DNA of 64,000 nt. Source: a virus (lineage: Duplodnaviria > Caudoviricetes). The stretch is from IMG/VR virus record IMGVR_UViG_3300025600_000018, positions 7,629 through 71,628 of that record; one strand, given 5' to 3'. Numbering within the stretch: the first letter of the stretch is position 1; the number at the start of each line of letters is the position of its first letter. A program made the translations under genes and the position numbers. Below are positions 58,416-64,000 of the stretch, piece by piece. The notes below the pieces were generated by a model. It was not told where the DNA came from. It saw nothing but the letters and a program-made list of their open reading frames with translations, and made no database searches.

Positions 58416-59224
58416 TAAGTAAATATAATGAAAAAGAATATGCAGAATACATATATAAACATGGATTTTTGACAAACCATAGACCATATGAATTGAAACT
58501 TCTTGTGAAATATTTTAAGAGCTTAGGACATAAGCCAAAAGCAAGAAAAGATATGCTCTATGATTTTTGTGAAAAGTATATTGATAAATTTAGTAAGGCA
58601 AAGTATTTCAAGATAATTAATACTGCCTTATCTTATGGTGGTAAGAAACATAACAACCTAATAGTAATTGAAAACATAAATATAACCAAAGAAGAACTAT
58701 ATTGCATCACTGAACAACCCATAGAACATAATTTAAAAAAGGTTATGTTTACACTATTAGTTCAAAACAAGATAAATAAAGCAAAGTGTATGATTAGTTT
58801 TGGGAAATCTTCTGAATATAACTTTTTTGGTGGAACAAACTTAAAATATAAGGAAATAAAAGAGATTGCAAAATTACCTGTTAGTTTCAATGTAAATAGT
58901 GCCATTCATAGTTTAAACGATATTAATTTAATAGAGATTAAGACAAGGGGCAAGATAGATTTATCATTCATTTATAAAATTGCAAAATCAGATGATATTA
59001 AGATTATTATAACTAAGTTTGATGATATTGGATGGTATTTTGATTATTATTGTAGTGAGAATAAAATAATTAAATGTGAAGTTTGTGGTAAATTTGTAAA
59101 AGCAACAAATAATAAAATAAAATATTGCAAAGAATGTGCAGTAGAAATTAAACAACAACAAGATAGAATTGCAGATCAGAAATACAGAGAAAAAATAAAA
59201 AACGAGAAAATAGAAAACATTTAA
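58412..59224 (+). CDS. Hypothetical protein coupled to the RNA polymerase gene, with C-terminal zinc finger
   Basis: 4-nt overlap with yonO; CEVCG...YCKEC. Confidence 0.6.
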   Translation: MISKYNEKEYAEYIYKHGFLTNHRPYELKLLVKYFKSLGHKPKARKDMLYDFCEKYIDKFSKAKYFKIINTALSYGGKKHNNLIVIENINITKEELYCITEQPIEHNLKKVMFTLLVQNKINKAKCMISFGKSSEYNFFGGTNLKYKEIKEIAKLPVSFNVNSAIHSLNDINLIEIKTRGKIDLSFIYKIAKSDDIKIIITKFDDIGWYFDYYCSENKIIKCEVCGKFVKATNNKIKYCKECAVEIKQQQDRIADQKYREKIKNEKIENI

Positions 59225-59341
59225 TAATCCCATACCTATGCGATTTACACCCTTATTCAAGTTTTAGTGATAATTTGATATACAAGTAATATAAAACTAT
59301 TTATTATATATCAATATTAAAAATATAAAGGGTGTAAAACA

Positions 59342-59515
59342 TTGGTACAAATATCAAATTCAGAGTATAAAGAAATGCTCAAACTTAATCTGATTGATTA
59401 TAGCAAAACCACTCGAAATTGTACAAAAACTAAAAATCACATAGTTGTATCTGATCCAGCATACTCAAGATATCAAAATATTCAGGCAAACAAACTTCTA
59501 AGAAAGTCAAAATAA
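59342..59515 (+). CDS. 57-aa hypothetical protein
   Basis: AAGGGTG SD then TTG; hand translated. Confidence 0.4.
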   Translation: MVQISNSEYKEMLKLNLIDYSKTTRNCTKTKNHIVVSDPAYSRYQNIQANKLLRKSK

Positions 59516-59565
59516 AAATTAAAGGATGATTTCATGTCACATTCATTTAAAAGAATGAACAACTC

Positions 59566-60987
59566 ATGAGTAAGAAAACAGAAAAAATAAAAATATACTT
59601 TTGTGGAAATAATTCATATCAAGTAACTGGTAGTATGATTTATGTAGAAACTGCAAATCATAAAATTCTACTTGAATGTGGAATGTCACAAGGTTTCAAT
59701 TTAATAAATAGTTTTAAGGAAAATAATAAGAAGTTTCCATTCAAGCCGAAAGAAATAGATTATTTGTTCATTTGTCACACGCATATAGATCATTCTGGAT
59801 TAATTCCTAAGTTGGTTCGTGATGGGTTTAAGGGCAAAATTATCACAAGTGATACAACCGCTACCCTTTTAAAGCCAATGCTTACAGATAGCTGCGGAAT
59901 TATTAGAAAAGATGCAGATTATATTGCAAGAAAAACTGGAAACATATGTGAACCATTTTATACGGAAGAGGATGTAAAAAGTACACTTAATCTACTATGC
60001 ACATATGATTTTTCTAAAGTGCATGACCTTGATGATGAAATTAGCTTTAAGTTTTTAAAGAACTCTCATCTTGTAGGTGCATATCAACTTGAATTATTTA
60101 TCAAAAATAAATCTGGACACGTTAACAAGATTCTATATACAAGTGATATAGGACATTCAAAAAATGATAACTATTATGTTGATGATTTAGAATTATGCAA
60201 AAAAGCTGATATTGTAATTTCAGAATGTACTTATGGAAGTAATTCAAAAGATGCAAAGTCATATAGAAGTAAAGATTTAGAGAAAATTAAGACAGTAGTT
60301 GAACAAACGTGTATTGATAATAAAGGTAGAGTATTAATTCCTGTATTTTCATTAGGACGTTCACAACAATTGCTAACAGATTTATATATGTTGTATGGAA
60401 ATGATCCCACTTTCAATATTCCAGTAATTGTAGATAGTCCTTTAATATGGGAAGTCACAAAAGCATATAAAGAGTTTTTGACTAGTGAGAATAAAGAATT
60501 GTTTGATAAAGTATGTGCATGGAAAAATGTAAAGTTCATAAAAGACTATTTGGAAAGCAAAGCATGTGTTGTTGATAAGTCCCCTGCAATTTTGCTTTCG
60601 AGTTCAGGATTTTTAACTAAAGGTAGGTCGGTGAATTATTTGAAAGAAATAATTGTTGATGAGAAATGTCATCTATTAAGTGTTGGCTATACCCCACCTG
60701 AAAGTTTAGCTGGTAAAATCAAAAGTGGACAAAAGACAGTTACTATTGAGGGAAAGCCCTATAAAAACAGATGTGGAATTACAATGTTAAATAGTTTTTC
60801 ATCTCATATCTCAAATAAGGAATTGTTTAACTACTTAAAATCAATTAATACAAGTAAAATATATTTAGTTCATGGAGATATGGTAGGTAAGATACAATTC
60901 AAGGAAAAACTTGATGATATATTTGCAGAACAATGTAGAACTACTAAGGTAATTTCTTGCAACAAGGACACAATTTGTAACTTATAA
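59566..60987 (+). CDS. MBL-fold beta-CASP nuclease (YSH1/RNase J-like)
   Basis: LLECG, HTHIDHSG, SHLVG, TSDIG, SECTYG, LGRSQ, FSSH, LVHGD. Confidence 0.9.
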   Translation: MSKKTEKIKIYFCGNNSYQVTGSMIYVETANHKILLECGMSQGFNLINSFKENNKKFPFKPKEIDYLFICHTHIDHSGLIPKLVRDGFKGKIITSDTTATLLKPMLTDSCGIIRKDADYIARKTGNICEPFYTEEDVKSTLNLLCTYDFSKVHDLDDEISFKFLKNSHLVGAYQLELFIKNKSGHVNKILYTSDIGHSKNDNYYVDDLELCKKADIVISECTYGSNSKDAKSYRSKDLEKIKTVVEQTCIDNKGRVLIPVFSLGRSQQLLTDLYMLYGNDPTFNIPVIVDSPLIWEVTKAYKEFLTSENKELFDKVCAWKNVKFIKDYLESKACVVDKSPAILLSSSGFLTKGRSVNYLKEIIVDEKCHLLSVGYTPPESLAGKIKSGQKTVTIEGKPYKNRCGITMLNSFSSHISNKELFNYLKSINTSKIYLVHGDMVGKIQFKEKLDDIFAEQCRTTKVISCNKDTICNL

Positions 60988-60998
60988 AAGGAGTTATT

Positions 60999-61202
60999 AT
61001 GAAAAAGATTATTAAAACAGTAATAGAGGAATTTAAGGACGATAAATTAGTTAAGAGAACAGAAACAACAGAAACTTATGATAATTATTATGAGCAAACA
61101 TTCCCTTCTCTTCCAACACAGCCTTATTATAATCCAGTAATTTATACGGATACAACAGGTAAAACAGTTCCAAATCCTAATATAATAACTTGTAAAGGAT
61201 AA
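60999..61202 (+). CDS. Hypothetical protein
   Basis: GGAG SD. Confidence 0.5.
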   Translation: MKKIIKTVIEEFKDDKLVKRTETTETYDNYYEQTFPSLPTQPYYNPVIYTDTTGKTVPNPNIITCKG

Positions 61203-61243
61203 TATAAAAGTTTCAAAATAATAATAAAGAGGTTAAGTTAAAA

Positions 61244-61432
61244 ATGATAAATAATGAGTATTGTAATTCATGTTTAAAAAATTCCGTTTGTATTTGGTCG
61301 GAGAAACTTGGTAAACTCGAAGGTACTGATAAGAAACCTTGTATTCTTGACATAACAGTTAATGAATGTGAGGAATATGTTGGAACTGCTGAAGATATTG
61401 AAGTATTGGAAGAAACCGAAATAGACGAATAA
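61244..61432 (+). CDS. Small Cys/acidic hypothetical protein
   Basis: CNSC...C. Confidence 0.5.
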   Translation: MINNEYCNSCLKNSVCIWSEKLGKLEGTDKKPCILDITVNECEEYVGTAEDIEVLEETEIDE

Positions 61433-61790
61433 GTGTTTAAAAGCCCCATTTTATGGTGATCCACTACCTTCTTTTAGTAAAGTGTGGAACTATAAATGCA
61501 AGGTGTTTCGCCACCGTTAAGTGCGAGACTGTAACTTCAGGGCAGACGAACACGTTTGTCACTATCCGATATGTGACTAATAAGAGGTCGGAGTTCAAAT
61601 AATTATAGGGTGTGTCTGCCCTTAACCCTAATTAAGTCCCACAATTTAACAGTGGGTACAATATATTTTTTTAGGTTATGTGGTGGCTTCGGCTGTTAGG
61701 TATAACCGCCTGAAATAGCAAAAGGGATGGAGTATTAATTCTGTCCCTTATTTCTTTGTCAAAAACAACAAAATAAAATATAAGGAGTAT
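61433..61790 (+). ncRNA. Candidate structured non-coding RNA or cis-element
   Basis: GC-enriched ORF-free gap with several helices (AGGGCAGAC/GTCTGCCCT, GTCAC/GTGAC, CCCAC/GTGGG, UUCG hairpin). Confidence 0.45.
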
Positions 61791-61799
61791 TCTACATAA

Positions 61800-63032
61800 A
61801 TGGAATATTTAAAAAGAGAAGGCGAAAACACAACAGATTATTTATTGCGATTAGTTGAAATAAAACTTGAGCAAAAACCAGATGATCTTGATTGGTCTGA
61901 TATTGTAAAATATTGTGGTTTTGATTGTCACTATGATAGTTTGAGAAAGGCAATGCAGCCTTCGGGTTATGGTGCATATGCTATTTATAAATATTATAAG
62001 GATAAAATTGTGAAAGAAAAAATAACTGATAGCGATATTGAAAAACAATTAAATATTACTAAAAGAGAATTATATATTGAAAGACAAAAACTTAGAGATG
62101 AAAAAAATGAATATAATGCTTTTTTAAGAGAACAATCAAGAATTGAATTATTTTACGAAAGAATAGACGAATCAGTTGATAAAATTGTTCAAAAAAAACA
62201 ATACCTTATTCCATCCTCTATTATTGTAAATGATAACGATTTAAAAATGGTTGTAGCTTTTGCCGACCCACATTTCGGAGCTGATTTCAAAATCAAGGGA
62301 TTTAATGATGAAATACTTAATGAATATAATCCAGAAATATTTAGATTTAGAATGTGGAAATTAAGAGATGAAATTTTAGAATTTTGCAAGTTACATAATT
62401 GTAATCATATTAGTTGTGTAGATTTAGGAGATAGCATCGAAGGAATACTGCACATCAGTCAGCTTCAGTCATTAAAAGGAAATATAGTTGATGACATATT
62501 AGATTATGCTGATTTTATTTGTGATTGGATAAATAATTTAAGTGAAAATAAATTGGTGATAGATTTTTATTCATCTGAAGGAAATCATTCAGAATTGCGT
62601 TTGCTAACAGGAAAAAAGGGAGATTTTCCAAACGAGAATTTAGAAAAAATTTATACAAGAACTGTAAAAAAGGCATTTAAAAATAATCCTAATGTAAATA
62701 TTAAGGATAGTTTGAATGGTTTAAATTATTTTGAAGTTAATGGATATAAATTTTTATCAGCTCATGGAAATAAAGAGGGAAGTATTAAAGATAGTATTAC
62801 TGGATATGAGAATACTTACAATATTGAAATTGATTATTTTTTGGTTGGACATTTACATAGTAAAAATGAATTTGAAGTTGCAAAAGGAAAAGAAGTAATT
62901 CAAGTTAGAGCATTAATGGGAATTAATGATTTTTCTACAACTATAAAAAAAACTTCTTCTGCTGGCGCAACAATGTTTACAGTGCATAAAAATTATGGCA
63001 AAAAATATATAAATGAAGTTAAATTTAATTAA
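61800..63032 (+). CDS. Calcineurin-like metallophosphoesterase (YonJ-like)
   Basis: ADPHFG, DLGDSIEG, EGNHSE, SAHGN, VGHLH. Confidence 0.85.
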   Translation: MEYLKREGENTTDYLLRLVEIKLEQKPDDLDWSDIVKYCGFDCHYDSLRKAMQPSGYGAYAIYKYYKDKIVKEKITDSDIEKQLNITKRELYIERQKLRDEKNEYNAFLREQSRIELFYERIDESVDKIVQKKQYLIPSSIIVNDNDLKMVVAFADPHFGADFKIKGFNDEILNEYNPEIFRFRMWKLRDEILEFCKLHNCNHISCVDLGDSIEGILHISQLQSLKGNIVDDILDYADFICDWINNLSENKLVIDFYSSEGNHSELRLLTGKKGDFPNENLEKIYTRTVKKAFKNNPNVNIKDSLNGLNYFEVNGYKFLSAHGNKEGSIKDSITGYENTYNIEIDYFLVGHLHSKNEFEVAKGKEVIQVRALMGINDFSTTIKKTSSAGATMFTVHKNYGKKYINEVKFN

Positions 63033-63060
63033 ATTACCGAAAGGTTTATAAGGTGTAACT

Positions 63061-63345
63061 ATGCTATACATAATATTGTCATTCATATTTGTTGGATTCT
63101 TAATCACAGCATATATATTCCCTATTCTTGATTTGTTGCTGAGCATTGTAACATCCAAATTGTCACTTAAAGTCAATGCTATTTCTTACAAAATAAAAGC
63201 AATGCAAATTGACTTTGAATCTGAATATGGTCAATCCAATACAAAAGCAATAGGATTTGATATTGGTAATCAAGATATGGATATCAATGAATATGATGAC
63301 GAAGAAAATTGTGAAGATAAAGTAAATAATAAAATCGGATATTAA
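63061..63345 (+). CDS. Membrane-anchored hypothetical protein
   Basis: N-terminal TM segment; KAIGFD motif. Confidence 0.55.
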   Translation: MLYIILSFIFVGFLITAYIFPILDLLLSIVTSKLSLKVNAISYKIKAMQIDFESEYGQSNTKAIGFDIGNQDMDINEYDDEENCEDKVNNKIGY

Positions 63346-63370
63346 ATTAAACAAAGAAAGAGGATTTCAT

Positions 63371-63808
63371 ATGAAAATGAGATTTGAAAAAATTACAAAC
63401 AATGGCAAGACTACCTACTATATCAACGATTGTGAAGTAGGTAAATTTGAATATGATGCAATGATTAAAGATGATGAGCAGAACGATTGTGAAGATTGCG
63501 GTTGCGGTTGCGACTGTGATGGAGATTGTGAAAACTGCGAAGAATGTGACGATGACGATGGTTGCTGTGATGAAGTAGTGTGTCCAGAATGTAGAGAATT
63601 GTTAAATTTTATTTATGCACTTGAGGAAATGGATGACGATGTGGCATTGGCAAGTTTAAAGGATAAATTGGATGATGCTTATGATAATGGATGTAAACAG
63701 GGGTATAAAGATGCCTATAAACATGTTCATAAACTAACTGGTGAAATTATTGATGCAATTGAAGAAATGGAAACTGATGAATTTACAGACGATGATGATG
63801 CAGAATAA
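63371..63808 (+). CDS. Acidic Cys-rich hypothetical protein
   Basis: CEDCGCGCDCDGDCENCEEC tract. Confidence 0.55.
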   Translation: MKMRFEKITNNGKTTYYINDCEVGKFEYDAMIKDDEQNDCEDCGCGCDCDGDCENCEECDDDDGCCDEVVCPECRELLNFIYALEEMDDDVALASLKDKLDDAYDNGCKQGYKDAYKHVHKLTGEIIDAIEEMETDEFTDDDDAE

Positions 63809-63827
63809 TTGAATAAATAATATATTA

Positions 63828-63863
63828 AAATAACCGCTTATCCGCATAGGTAGGCGGTTATTT
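63828..63863 (+). terminator. Intrinsic terminator
   Basis: AAATAACCGC...GCGGTTATTT. Confidence 0.7.
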
Positions 63864-64000
63864 GCTATATTTGAATGAAAAGATAGTTTTATAATGATTT
63901 TGATTAATAAAAGTAAGGATGAATAAAGTGTGTACGCACAAGAAAATAGTTGAGATTGAAACAGAAAATAAAGATAAAATAAAAGTCAAAAATAATGATA

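Noticed and set aside
61515-61600. tRNA-like words GACTGTAA and GGAGTTCAAAT
   Set aside because: No cloverleaf can be built (anticodon stem, acceptor stem and spacing all fail); kept only as part of the ncRNA candidate.
1-64000. Stop-codon reassignment (TAG readthrough) suggested by TAGs at 16104 and 48597
   Set aside because: Long genes are intact under code 11, and TAG terminates several genes immediately before the next one.

Overview
Very AT-rich segment of a large SPbeta-like temperate phage, probably infecting Clostridia or another Firmicute; host and lifestyle are inferred. Two gene arms diverge from a ~2.9 kb non-coding zone at 45.9-48.8 kb. The leftward (minus) arm carries many small early genes with consensus sigmaA promoters, an orphan MazF and a DUF4942 methyltransferase. 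It also carries AbrB and XRE regulators, a CCA-adding enzyme with further nucleotidyltransferases, and a cassette of XerC-like recombinase, DGQHR protein and degenerate recombinase resembling SPbeta yopP-yopQ-yopR/mrpR. It ends with two more DNA methyltransferases (one circularly permuted), NAD ligase and a yorF-J-like replication module. The rightward arm carries a GIY-YIG fusion, a putative Rep with iterons, ParB-like and ORF6C proteins, a CoiA-like nuclease, a YonO-type single-subunit RNA polymerase, a beta-CASP nuclease and a metallophosphoesterase. The most striking unexplained structure is non-coding: (1) an 18-bp palindrome (WYRAAA-N6-TTTYRW) in most intergenic gaps; (2) a strand-oriented ATAACA hexamer saturating the early region and sitting between SD and start codon, around the orphan MazF; (3) mirror-skewed arms, degenerate repeats and a G-quadruplex motif at the divergence point; (4) tandem NrdR boxes, a LexA box and a candidate structured ncRNA. 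All coordinates and counts were read by hand.
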